Assembly (NCBI GenBank): GCA_002315655.1
Contig: DCHO01000010.1
Location: 37,002-101,001, forward strand
Direction of reading: 5' to 3'
Source: Christensenella sp. UBA1750
GTDB lineage: Bacteria; Bacillota; Clostridia; Christensenellales; UBA1750
Length of the DNA stretch: 64,000 nt
Under the pieces are notes generated by a model. It had not been told where the DNA came from, made no database searches, and worked only from the letters and a program-made list of their open reading frames with translations. Shown piece after piece: positions 18,137 through 26,346 of this stretch. Numbering within the stretch: position 1 is the first letter of the stretch; each line of letters starts with the position of its first letter. The position numbers and the translations under genes were made by a program.

Positions 18137-19150
18137 TTATTCCTTGACGGGAGCCATGAAGGGTTCGCCGTCCTCCATCTCCATGTCGATCAGAGACTTC
18201 ATGAACTTGCCGTACTTGGTCTCCATCTCCTCCTGCGCCCGGTCAAACTGGTTGGCGGGGTAGACCATGGTGGGAATGTTCTTGAAGTCCCACTCCCCGT
18301 CGGCGATCATGCGCACGGCGTTGTCCACGCCTTCGGTGGAGAGCCAGTACTCTCTGGGATGGGTGTTGTGCATCACGATGGCCTTCACGCCCAACTGCTG
18401 CATATCCACCAGACGTTTTTCGCCGGTGTGATACGCGCCCACGCACAGAAGGCCGCAGCAGCCGGTCAGGTTGATGGCGGTGTCCAGCGATTCGTTGCTC
18501 TCACCCCACTCACAGACCACCTTGAAGCCCTTCATAATGTCGCGCTCGCCGTTTTCGTAGGTGAACTTCCTGATGGCTTCCTCGGGGGTGTAGACTTCCT
18601 TCGCGCCGTATTTCAGCGCATCCTGACGGGAGGTTTCCCGAATGTCCACCGCGACCACATAGAAGCCGCGCAGGGTGAGCAGGGAGATCGCGCCGCAGCC
18701 CATGTAGCCGCAGCCCACCACGCAGACCTTGGTGCCGGGCATGGTGTCCTTCACCTTGGAACAGGCGGAAAGCATACAGGACAGGGGTTCCAGCACCATG
18801 TCTTCGTCCCGGAGATTTTCGGGAATCTTCACGATCTTGCTCTTTTCCACGTTGGCAACCATGTATTTCTGCATGGCACCCGCGCCGGGCAGGGTGCTGC
18901 CCCAAAGGCCGGAAACATGATCGCCCACGGCAAAGCCCTTTACATTCTTGCCGACCTGCTCGATGATGCCCATGGGTTCATGGCCGAAGGTGTCGCCTTC
19001 CTTGGCGTGCGCCCAGTCGTAGTGCTCGGAATGGCACACGCCGCAATACTTGATGCGGATGAGCACGGAATCGTCGTCCATGACGGGCATGGGGATTTCT
19101 TTAAGTACGTTTTTCTTGGGGCCGATGGCCACAACCGCTTTATTAACCAT
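18137..19150 (-). CDS. Zinc-dependent alcohol/sugar dehydrogenase (MDR family)
   Basis: CGVCHSEHY and GHEPMG zinc-ligand motifs, plus GCGYMGCG Rossmann motif. Start placed at MVNKAVVAIG (19150), preceded by AAAGGAG. The track start at 19219 has no RBS. Confidence 0.8.
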   Translation of the reverse strand: MVNKAVVAIGPKKNVLKEIPMPVMDDDSVLIRIKYCGVCHSEHYDWAHAKEGDTFGHEPMGIIEQVGKNVKGFAVGDHVSGLWGSTLPGAGAMQKYMVANVEKSKIVKIPENLRDEDMVLEPLSCMLSACSKVKDTMPGTKVCVVGCGYMGCGAISLLTLRGFYVVAVDIRETSRQDALKYGAKEVYTPEEAIRKFTYENGERDIMKGFKVVCEWGESNESLDTAINLTGCCGLLCVGAYHTGEKRLVDMQQLGVKAIVMHNTHPREYWLSTEGVDNAVRMIADGEWDFKNIPTMVYPANQFDRAQEEMETKYGKFMKSLIDMEMEDGEPFMAPVKE

Positions 19151-19251
19151 AATAATCAGGCTCCTTTCAGGATATATACCATTACCGATATTATACCCGA
19201 TGAAAGGAGCCGTTTTCAATAGTTTTTATTCATTTTCTTAACATTATTTGA

Positions 19252-20097
19252 TTATTCGTCGGCAGCAGCTTCCTCATAGCCTTCCTGCGCCCGTTCCGCG
19301 TCCTTTTCGGCGTAATAGGCCTTTGCCCGCTCGTCATTCTGCCGCACGCGCTCCGCCAAACCTTCGCCCTCCAAATCCTCATAAGGGAAATCCAGCAGCG
19401 TCACCGTTCCGTCCGGGCGAACCGGGTTTTCTTCGTTTTCCTTGGGGTATTCCAAGGCAAAATCCAGCGTGGCAAAGCACAAATTGTTTTCGTCAAAATA
19501 CGCTTTCAGGTCAGACAGAATCTCGGCAGCACGCTCCACGGACACATTTTCATCGTCAATGTAAAGCGTCAGCTTACCCGATTGCCCGCCCATAATCGCA
19601 AGGTCGAACACCGTGTCATTGGGATAGTCCGCCATGTAGGTGCGCTCGCCCTCGGATTCCTCATACGCTTCCATGATTTCGCCGAAACAAATGGAGCTGT
19701 TGTAGCCCATGTTTTCCAGAATCGGCTTACAGAAGTCGTAATATTCCATGTTGAGTCGCTCGGCGGTGTTCCAGCCCTTCTGCACTAAAAAATCGTAATC
19801 ATCGTCCAGATAGTTGCCAAAGGAATCCGTGTAGATGGAAAAGTGCGTATCAATGCTGGTTGGCGATTCCACATAGGCAAAATAGGTGCCGTTCTGCTTG
19901 AAATTGTAGTTCACGTTGGCGATTTTCAAGCCCTCATCGGCAAACCGCTCTTTGCGCAGGATCTGTTCAGCCGTTCTTCTGCAAAGCAGTCGGGAAATGC
20001 CGTTGCCGTAAAAGGCGTTGACAAACAGGAAAACGGGAATCCCGATGACGAGCACCACCGCCAGCACAATCAGGATGATTTTTGTCTTCTTTTTCAC
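19252..20097 (-). CDS. Membrane-anchored hypothetical protein
   Basis: 281 aa. A single N-terminal TM helix (KIILIVLAVVLVIGIPVFLFV) and an acidic extracytoplasmic body. Confidence 0.55.
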   Translation of the reverse strand: MKKKTKIILIVLAVVLVIGIPVFLFVNAFYGNGISRLLCRRTAEQILRKERFADEGLKIANVNYNFKQNGTYFAYVESPTSIDTHFSIYTDSFGNYLDDDYDFLVQKGWNTAERLNMEYYDFCKPILENMGYNSSICFGEIMEAYEESEGERTYMADYPNDTVFDLAIMGGQSGKLTLYIDDENVSVERAAEILSDLKAYFDENNLCFATLDFALEYPKENEENPVRPDGTVTLLDFPYEDLEGEGLAERVRQNDERAKAYYAEKDAERAQEGYEEAAADE

Positions 20098-20577
20098 TTA
20101 ATCGTCTCCTCTTGCGCCCGCATCCCCCGGTATGGTGGAAAATTCCGGGTTGAAAATGAGCTGTCCGTTCTCCGACAGCCACATGAAACAGGCGTTTTCA
20201 AAGTTTATTGTGGGGTCAGTCAGCCCGTCCTCGTTGTAGTCCATGCAGTCGCAGCTTTTGTACGCGCCCAGTTCGCCGTCAAACACGGGATATTCGCAGA
20301 AGGCGATCTGCCTTTGTTCCGTTTCATCGGCATAGAAAGCCACGCCCTTGTCCTCGATGGCAAGATAGGCGTCCGTTTCCTGCCCGTCCACGGTGAATTG
20401 CACCGTTTCCTGCCCGTCCTGCCAATCCATTACGGGTTCCTGCGTAGGTTCAACGGTTGGATTGGCGGTTGGCTCTGCGGCGGGTGTCACGGTTGGATTC
20501 TCCTGCACGGCACAGCCCGCAAGCAGGAGGCATAAAGTCAACAAAAGGATCAAAAGTATTTTTTTCATTCCAATCAT
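20098..20577 (-). CDS. Small lipoprotein, unknown function
   Basis: 159 aa. Lipobox LLLAGCAV. Abuts the downstream gene with no gap. Confidence 0.6.
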   Translation of the reverse strand: MIGMKKILLILLLTLCLLLAGCAVQENPTVTPAAEPTANPTVEPTQEPVMDWQDGQETVQFTVDGQETDAYLAIEDKGVAFYADETEQRQIAFCEYPVFDGELGAYKSCDCMDYNEDGLTDPTINFENACFMWLSENGQLIFNPEFSTIPGDAGARGDD

Positions 20578-20580
20578 CCT

Positions 20581-21342
20581 TTACAGGTTCAGGTCTTCAA
20601 CCAGTTTTTTCCAGATTTCGTAGGACTTATCCAGCGTTTCCGCCTCCGCTCCGAATTTGACGGCAGAAAGCAGCCTTTCCTCCACTTTTTCAGGCTTAAC
20701 TGCAAAATCCTTTATAAATTGCAGAGAGCGCTTGCGGCTGGGGAACAGCACATGATTCAGTGCGAAAAGTGCCTGTATATAGGCATCCAGCGCATCCTCC
20801 AATGCGGCGTGATAGAGCAGGACTTCCTTTCGCACCACGGCGCGCTCGAAGTTTTCCGTTTCGCTTAAAATACCCTTGCAGTCGGACAGAATCCTCTGCC
20901 TGAGGGCTTCGGGGTATTCCTTTGCCATGTCTTTCAGCTCCTGCACACAGCCGTCCTCCGCTATGGAGATAAGGTTTTTATACATGGCCAGCCGGCCGGT
21001 GGTGTAGAAGCCTCCGTCCTCCTTAGGGGCGCGGTAGCCGTCCAAAATGGTTTGAATATCGCGCTTTGCCGCGTCCATCGTGAAATACATCACATAGGTT
21101 TCCACATTTTCAGGAAAAATCTGATCGCCCTCTCCCCAGCGTTCCCCTTTGAAGAAGGGAATTTCCCCGGAATACAGGGCTGTCCGTACCTCCGGCGGGG
21201 GCACGGTGTCACAATAGACCATTATGTCAATGTCGCCCTCGCCGGGCGCGGGAATGTCCAGCTTCGTCACGGCAACGCCTCGTACACCGGGGAGATGCGC
21301 CACGGATTTTCCAAATTCAATCAGCTTTTCTTCTGTCAGCAT
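20581..21342 (-). CDS. Nucleotidyltransferase-fold protein (DUF4037-like)
   Basis: 253 aa. The GVAVTK...GEGDIDIMVYCD pattern (G-x...DxD) is that of minimal nucleotidyltransferases. Family name is from memory. Confidence 0.5.
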   Translation of the reverse strand: MLTEEKLIEFGKSVAHLPGVRGVAVTKLDIPAPGEGDIDIMVYCDTVPPPEVRTALYSGEIPFFKGERWGEGDQIFPENVETYVMYFTMDAAKRDIQTILDGYRAPKEDGGFYTTGRLAMYKNLISIAEDGCVQELKDMAKEYPEALRQRILSDCKGILSETENFERAVVRKEVLLYHAALEDALDAYIQALFALNHVLFPSRKRSLQFIKDFAVKPEKVEERLLSAVKFGAEAETLDKSYEIWKKLVEDLNL

Positions 21343-21403
21343 ATTGTCACTCCTTCACAATTCCACTTCATATAGACGATGGATTTTCGGATTTGTTCCT
21401 TCT

Positions 21404-22003
21404 CTATTTCCCGTACACCGAGAAGAAGTGCCGGATGTGCTTTTCGATCAGCGTCATGGCCTCCGCTTCCACAGCCGGGTTGCGGTCTACGCGGAACATC
21501 TGCATGGAGATGGGCGACACAAACTCCATGGCCAGCAGCTGCACATCGTCCCGACGAATCAGCCCGCTGTCCATCCATGCGCGGATGAGAGCGGAATAAC
21601 AGTCCATAATGTCCTTATAGGTACGCTGCTCCTGCGCCCGTCCTAAATCTTCCATGCGGAATTGCTCGATGGTCAGCATTCTCCTTGTCTTGCTGATGAA
21701 ATCATCGTGCATGACAAAGGTCAACTCCTCCTTTACCTGCTGAATAATACATTCAACATTGCTGCTCACCGCCAGCTCTTTATAGTGCGGAATGTAGGAG
21801 CGCTTTTCGTAATACTCATCCGCTATGGTGTTCAGCGTATCGAAAATGTCCTGTTTGCTGTCAAAATGGCTGTATAAGGACGCCTTGCGGATGCCCACGC
21901 GGTCTGCGATCATCCCCACTGAGGTCGCCTCCACCCCGTTATGGGAAAACAGCTCCAGAGCGGCCTGTAATATCCTCTTTTTCGATTCCGACAATTCAAC
22001 CAT
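21404..22003 (-). CDS. TetR/AcrR family transcriptional regulator
   Basis: 199 aa. N-terminal helix-turn-helix ILQAALELFSHNGVEATSVGMIADRVGIRKASLYSHF. Confidence 0.8.
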   Translation of the reverse strand: MVELSESKKRILQAALELFSHNGVEATSVGMIADRVGIRKASLYSHFDSKQDIFDTLNTIADEYYEKRSYIPHYKELAVSSNVECIIQQVKEELTFVMHDDFISKTRRMLTIEQFRMEDLGRAQEQRTYKDIMDCYSALIRAWMDSGLIRRDDVQLLAMEFVSPISMQMFRVDRNPAVEAEAMTLIEKHIRHFFSVYGK

Positions 22004-22019
22004 GGTGCTTCTCCCTTCA

Positions 22020-22037
22020 CTACCTATCGTTAGGTAG
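22020..22037. promoter_or_regulatory. Palindromic operator candidate for the TetR regulator
   Basis: CTACCTA-TCGT-TAGGTAG is a perfect 7-bp inverted repeat. It lies between the -10 box and the RBS of the TetR gene. Confidence 0.45.
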
Positions 22038-22044
22038 CCTCCAT

Positions 22045-22073
22045 AGTATATAAAAAACCGCTGCCCTTGTCAA
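22045..22073 (-). promoter_or_regulatory. Sigma-A promoter of the TetR gene
   Basis: On the minus strand: TTGACA (22073-22068), 17-nt spacer, TATACT (22050-22045). Confidence 0.55.
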
Positions 22074-22080
22074 GCAGCGG
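22052..22080 (-). terminator. Terminator of the URO-D-family gene, overlapping the TetR -35 box
   Basis: On the minus strand: CCGCTGC-TTGACAAGG-GCAGCGG followed by TTTTTT. Confidence 0.6.
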
Positions 22081-22089
22081 CTGTAAAAC

Positions 22090-23145
22090 TTAATATGTGC
22101 CGACCTTCTTGTAGACCTCCATAACACGCCCGAAGTCCTTTAGGGAGATTCCCGGCGGGATGGAATGGTCGGAGGCAAAGATGTAGCCGCCATCCTTCAT
22201 CATTTCCGGCACAACGGTCTCGATCTCGGAAATGATGGCTTCCGGCTCCGTCCAGTGCACCGCGTTGATGCCGCCGTGGAGCAGCAGGTCTTTCCCGTAC
22301 TGCCTCTTTATGGCCACAGGGTCGCAGCCCGCCTTGACCTCCAAGGGATTCAGGCCATCCAGCCCCATTTTGATAAATTCCGGGATAAAGGGGCGAATGT
22401 CGCCGCAGGAATGGAGCCGCACGGGAATGTGGTGCGCGTGCCCCCAATCAATGGCCTTCTGATGGAAGGGCTTCACCAGCTCCCGATAAACCTTCATGGA
22501 GAAGAACTGGCTGTTCTTGTAACCCATGTCGTCATACCAGTGCAGCTCGTCAAAGGTGTAGCCCGCATCCCACACTTTGTTCATCATTTCAATGTCCATG
22601 GATAATTCTCTGTCAAACATATCCATGACCCATTCCGGCTCCTCCAGCATGGCCATGAGAAGCGTTTCGGTGCCTACCATGCCCGAATGGGTGATGTCAA
22701 ACCCGAACCAGAAGCCACCGGTGATCCAGCGTCCCTCCTGCCGCCATGTCTTGTAGTTGGCCTTCAGGTTCTCCCACGGGATGCGGTCGTCGCAGGGCAC
22801 CATGCGCGCCTTGGCTTCCTCCCAGATTTCCGGCGTGGTCACATGGAAATCCAGATGCTCCGGGGTGGTAGTGTGCTTCTTCCAGGAGCGCATGGTCGCG
22901 CCCCAGGAAGTTGTATAAATGCGGTAATCCTCGGTTTCCTCAATTGTTTTCAGGGAATAGCGCGGAGAATTGTCCAGCGAAATGTATGCGGTCTTGTCCA
23001 GATCGAAGTAGGAATAGTAGTCCCTTGTGGGCATCCCCTCCACGACCCATGCGTCCACCGCTTCTTCCCAGGCGTAGTCGATGATGGGCACCCGGTCGGC
23101 CTCCTTGTGGGCGTACATCCGGGCAATGCGTTCATAAGTGGTCAT
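22090..23145 (-). CDS. Uroporphyrinogen decarboxylase (URO-D) family protein, MtaA/CmuA-like
   Basis: 351 aa. The N-terminal YERIARMYAHKEADRVPIIDY and C-terminal LLHGGINAVH...GGYIFASDHSIPP are typical of this family in anaerobes. Confidence 0.7.
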   Translation of the reverse strand: MTTYERIARMYAHKEADRVPIIDYAWEEAVDAWVVEGMPTRDYYSYFDLDKTAYISLDNSPRYSLKTIEETEDYRIYTTSWGATMRSWKKHTTTPEHLDFHVTTPEIWEEAKARMVPCDDRIPWENLKANYKTWRQEGRWITGGFWFGFDITHSGMVGTETLLMAMLEEPEWVMDMFDRELSMDIEMMNKVWDAGYTFDELHWYDDMGYKNSQFFSMKVYRELVKPFHQKAIDWGHAHHIPVRLHSCGDIRPFIPEFIKMGLDGLNPLEVKAGCDPVAIKRQYGKDLLLHGGINAVHWTEPEAIISEIETVVPEMMKDGGYIFASDHSIPPGISLKDFGRVMEVYKKVGTY

Positions 23146-23164
23146 GTGCGTTCCTCCTTCTTTA

Positions 23165-24495
23165 TCAGAGTGAGATTTCCATGCCGTTTATATCCTGATT
23201 GAGCGTAAATCCGTCCTTTTTGCCGTCCGCTTCCACTTCGTATTCGCCCTTGAAGCCGCGGAAGCGCACCTCGCCGTTTGCATCGGTCACGCCCTCGCCG
23301 TTTGTCGTCCAGCGGGAATGGAACAGGTCGTGCAGTCGCTCGTATGCGGGCTTCGGGGTTAAGTCAAACCGCATCAGGCCGCCGTGATAGTAGTTTTCCC
23401 CGGCAGTCATGTCGCCCTGCGGCGCAAAGGCCGCATAGCCGTCCACAAGGTTCCAATAGATGACGGCCTCCATCACCGGGTGCGAGAACCAGATGGAATA
23501 GAGCTTTTCCAGCAGGTCTGCCTGCAATTCCTCGTCCTGCGCCTCATTGGAATAGGCGGGCAGGGTGATCTCCGTCACCTGCAAGGGCTTTCCGAACATG
23601 GCATAGTAGCTGTCCATGGCGGAATACAGCTTGGACGGGCTGAAAAAGGGAACGGCACATTTTGCTTCATCCTCTTTTTTGTAGAACATATGGTACTGCA
23701 GCCCGATGGCGTCAATCTCCGCGCCGCGCTCCATGGCGTAGGCGATGGACAGCGGGTACCAGCTTCTCTCCCCGCGGGTCACATCCCAGGCCTGTTCCGT
23801 GGCTTCGTTGATGATGAGCTCGTTCTTCGGCAGCACCGCCCGCGCGGTCTTGAAGCTCCACTCAATCAGGTCGCTTTCCCGGAAGAAAAGGCTGCCCCGG
23901 CGGTTGCCCTCGGGGGTTAATCTGGAATTGCACAGGGTCTCGTTGATGACCTCCATGCCGGGGATTTTTCCGCATACCGCTCCGCGATGCGCTCGATGCG
24001 GCGTTTAAGCAGGGCTTTGTGCTGCTCCAAATCCATGGGTACCCAGGTGGGCGTCCACTGGTCGTAGTTCAGGCAATGAAGCTTGGGGGTGATGTTCTTC
24101 TCCCCGCAATACTGCAAACACAGGTCAGGCACCGGGCGGCGATAGACCTTTTCGCTGTCCACCGTGAATCGTTCCTTGCCCTGCACAGGTTCCAGATCGC
24201 ACCAATAGAAGGGCAGGGTCGCCAGATTGAAGACCTTGGCAAAGGCCTCCTTGTATTTCTCATTCTTCTCGGCGTTCTCCATCTCATCCAGCATGAAAAT
24301 GTTCGCGCCGTGGAAAAATTCGTGCTTTTTAAGAGAATACTTCACTTTTACGCCGGACACGGGCTTTCCGTCCCTGTCCGTCACACGGATCACAGCGTCC
24401 GCCTTCCTGTGCTGCTCGATGCCGGATTCCACCCGCTCCTCTAACAACTCCTTTTCGTCCTCAAAGGGCTTTAAGATGATTTCCCGTCTGGTCAT
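23165..24495 (-). pseudogene. GH10-like glycoside hydrolase split by a frameshift
   Basis: Two overlapping minus-strand ORFs (23917-24495 and 23165-23956) together give one GH10-like protein. Features: WCDLEP...G in the first part, the acid/base motif ...GMEVINE at the junction, and the nucleophile motif QVTEITLP. The frames switch at GAAAAATCCCCGGCATGGAG, with an A5 run at 23965-23969. Confidence 0.65.
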
Positions 24496-24501
24496 GGTTG
24501 C

Positions 24502-25332
24502 TCACTCCTTTATCTCTTGTGTATATCTGCATTTGGGGAAATTGCCGCAGCCGAAAAACTGCTTTCCGGCATTTTCACCCTTTTTCACGGTTCTCAAAAT
24601 AAGCTGCCCACCGCACCGAGGACAAATCCACTCCCCTGCCGACGGTTGAAGCTCCGCAATCGGTTCCTGGTTCTTATCCTCTTTCGGTTTTTCCTTTTTT
24701 GCGTACTTTTCCTCTATATTTCGGATATGCGCCTCTTTGGTAGCAGTTTCGGCGTTTGTAAGCTTTTTGAGCTTTTCAAAGAGCGCAATCACTTCCGTTT
24801 CCGAAAGAACATCCGGAGAAGCATCCCACATCCGCTTTATGGTACCGTAGAGAAAATCCCGCTTGACCACAGGAACGGAGGTGGCCTCCACCTTTTTCAG
24901 CTCGCACCGCTCCGAGAAGACTATAATGGAAAAGAGCGGAATGTTTTCTCCGATGTATGCCCGCAGCCACTTGATATGGGTCTGATTCTGCAAAATCGGA
25001 TTATAGAGGCGGTTCTTCTGTTTGTTCGGCAGCATCACCGTCCAATAGGCGCTTTTTTCGTCTCCGAAGACCCAGCCGGAATAATTCTTGCTTTCCAGCA
25101 CATAAATGCCCTTCTGGCAAATGTAAATCACATCAATTTCGGAGGTTTCTCCGTTGTCCTTAGGCACATACAGGTTCCGAAGAATCTGTCCTTTTCGCCC
25201 GAAGAAATTCAACGTTTTAAGCCAGCGCACGGTCAGCTTCTCCCCGCGCCTTCCGATCCAGTCTGCCGTAAAGATGGATTTGAACAGGGCATCCAATACT
25301 ATATCAATAAACCCCTTTGCCATGATTTTCAC
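24502..25332 (-). CDS. NERD domain protein with C-terminal topoisomerase-type zinc ribbon
   Basis: 276 aa. NERD core RRGEKLT...EIDVIYICQKGIYVLESKNYSGWVFG. C-terminal CPRCGGQLILR...FFGCGNFPKCRY. Confidence 0.8.
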   Translation of the reverse strand: MKIMAKGFIDIVLDALFKSIFTADWIGRRGEKLTVRWLKTLNFFGRKGQILRNLYVPKDNGETSEIDVIYICQKGIYVLESKNYSGWVFGDEKSAYWTVMLPNKQKNRLYNPILQNQTHIKWLRAYIGENIPLFSIIVFSERCELKKVEATSVPVVKRDFLYGTIKRMWDASPDVLSETEVIALFEKLKKLTNAETATKEAHIRNIEEKYAKKEKPKEDKNQEPIAELQPSAGEWICPRCGGQLILRTVKKGENAGKQFFGCGNFPKCRYTQEIKE

Positions 25333-25415
25333 CTCGGGTATATTTTACAGGATTTAACATACGATGGCAAGGAGAAAAGAGAAGGTTGGGATAGAAAAAC
25401 AGAGAACCAAACGAG

Positions 25416-25449
25416 GAAAAAGCCTGTTCTCCGTTTCCGAAGAACAGGC
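25416..25449 (-). terminator. Rho-independent terminator after the cyclase gene
   Basis: On the minus strand: GCCTGTTCT-(10-nt loop)-AGAACAGGC followed by TTTTT. Confidence 0.65.
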
Positions 25450-25457
25450 ATCCCTGT

Positions 25458-26210
25458 TTATTCACAGATGGCGAACACGCGCACGGGCAGACCGTTTGCG
25501 CCTTTGAAGTTCGGCCAGGCGGCAACGAGCACCGCGCCGGCAGCAGGCACCTTGTCCAGTTTGCACATCAGCTCGATCTGCAGCTTGCCTTTTTCCAGTA
25601 CATAGCGTTCGCAAGCCAAATCGCCCGCTTTTGCGGCTTCCTTGGAAGCGTCGGTGTCCAGCGTTTCATGTCCGCTGGCAGCGGCGTTGCGGGTCTCATA
25701 GATGTACTGCAGCGCGGGCAGCGACCAGCCGGGGAAGTTCTCCGAACCGTCCTCCGCGATGCCGGACATGGCATTCATATCCGGCCATTTCTTGTACCAG
25801 TCCGTGCGCAACGCTACGAATGCGCCGTCGGGAATCGCGCCGTACTTGTTTTCGTAAGCCTTGATATCCTCCACCGTGACGGCGTAGGTGGGGTCTTTTG
25901 CCACCTTGTCGGTCACGTCAATGACGCACAGCGGGAACACGCCCTGCTTGGCAGCAAAGGCTTCGGCTGCAACGCCGCCCTTTACGAAGTGCGCAGGGAA
26001 GTCGATGTGGGTGCCGAACTGACCGGGAAACTTGAAGGTGGTGATGCGGCATTCCAGCATGGGATTGCCCCAGTCAAACACGGTCTTGTTCAGCTCCACG
26101 GAGCCCTCCGGGATGCCGCTCCAATAGGGTGAATCGTTGTCCATGGTGTGCGACAGCTCCACCCATTTCAGGTTTTGCGCTTCTGATAATGCGTTCCACA
26201 GCTTAAACAT
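25458..26210 (-). CDS. Cyclase family protein (kynurenine-formamidase-like)
   Basis: 250 aa. Contains GQFGTHIDFPAHF, which is the HxGTHxDxPxH-type metal motif. Confidence 0.8.
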   Translation of the reverse strand: MFKLWNALSEAQNLKWVELSHTMDNDSPYWSGIPEGSVELNKTVFDWGNPMLECRITTFKFPGQFGTHIDFPAHFVKGGVAAEAFAAKQGVFPLCVIDVTDKVAKDPTYAVTVEDIKAYENKYGAIPDGAFVALRTDWYKKWPDMNAMSGIAEDGSENFPGWSLPALQYIYETRNAAASGHETLDTDASKEAAKAGDLACERYVLEKGKLQIELMCKLDKVPAAGAVLVAAWPNFKGANGLPVRVFAICE

Positions 26211-26245
26211 GATGGTTCCTCCTTAAAGTTTATTACTTTGCAAAC

Positions 26246-26275
26246 AATATAGCATTTTTACATTTACCTTGTCAA
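26246..26275 (-). promoter_or_regulatory. Candidate promoter of the cyclase gene
   Basis: On the minus strand: TTGACA (26275-26270), 18-nt spacer, TATATT (26251-26246). Confidence 0.4.
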
Positions 26276-26298
26276 TTCCGAAATTTACCCGTTCGTTC

Positions 26299-26327
26299 TT
26301 GACAAGCATCGGCAGGTTTCGTACACT
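26299..26327 (+). promoter_or_regulatory. Candidate promoter of the DUF4091 gene
   Basis: TTGACA (26299-26304), 17-nt spacer, TACACT (26322-26327). Confidence 0.5.
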
Positions 26328-26346
26328 ATATATACGAATCTTTTAG

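Noticed and set aside
17561-19222. 553-aa plus-strand ORF spanning the ROK kinase and dehydrogenase genes.
   Set aside because: It is antisense to two well-supported genes and crosses their intergenic gap. The composition is Pro/Ala/Gly/His-rich with no domain signature.
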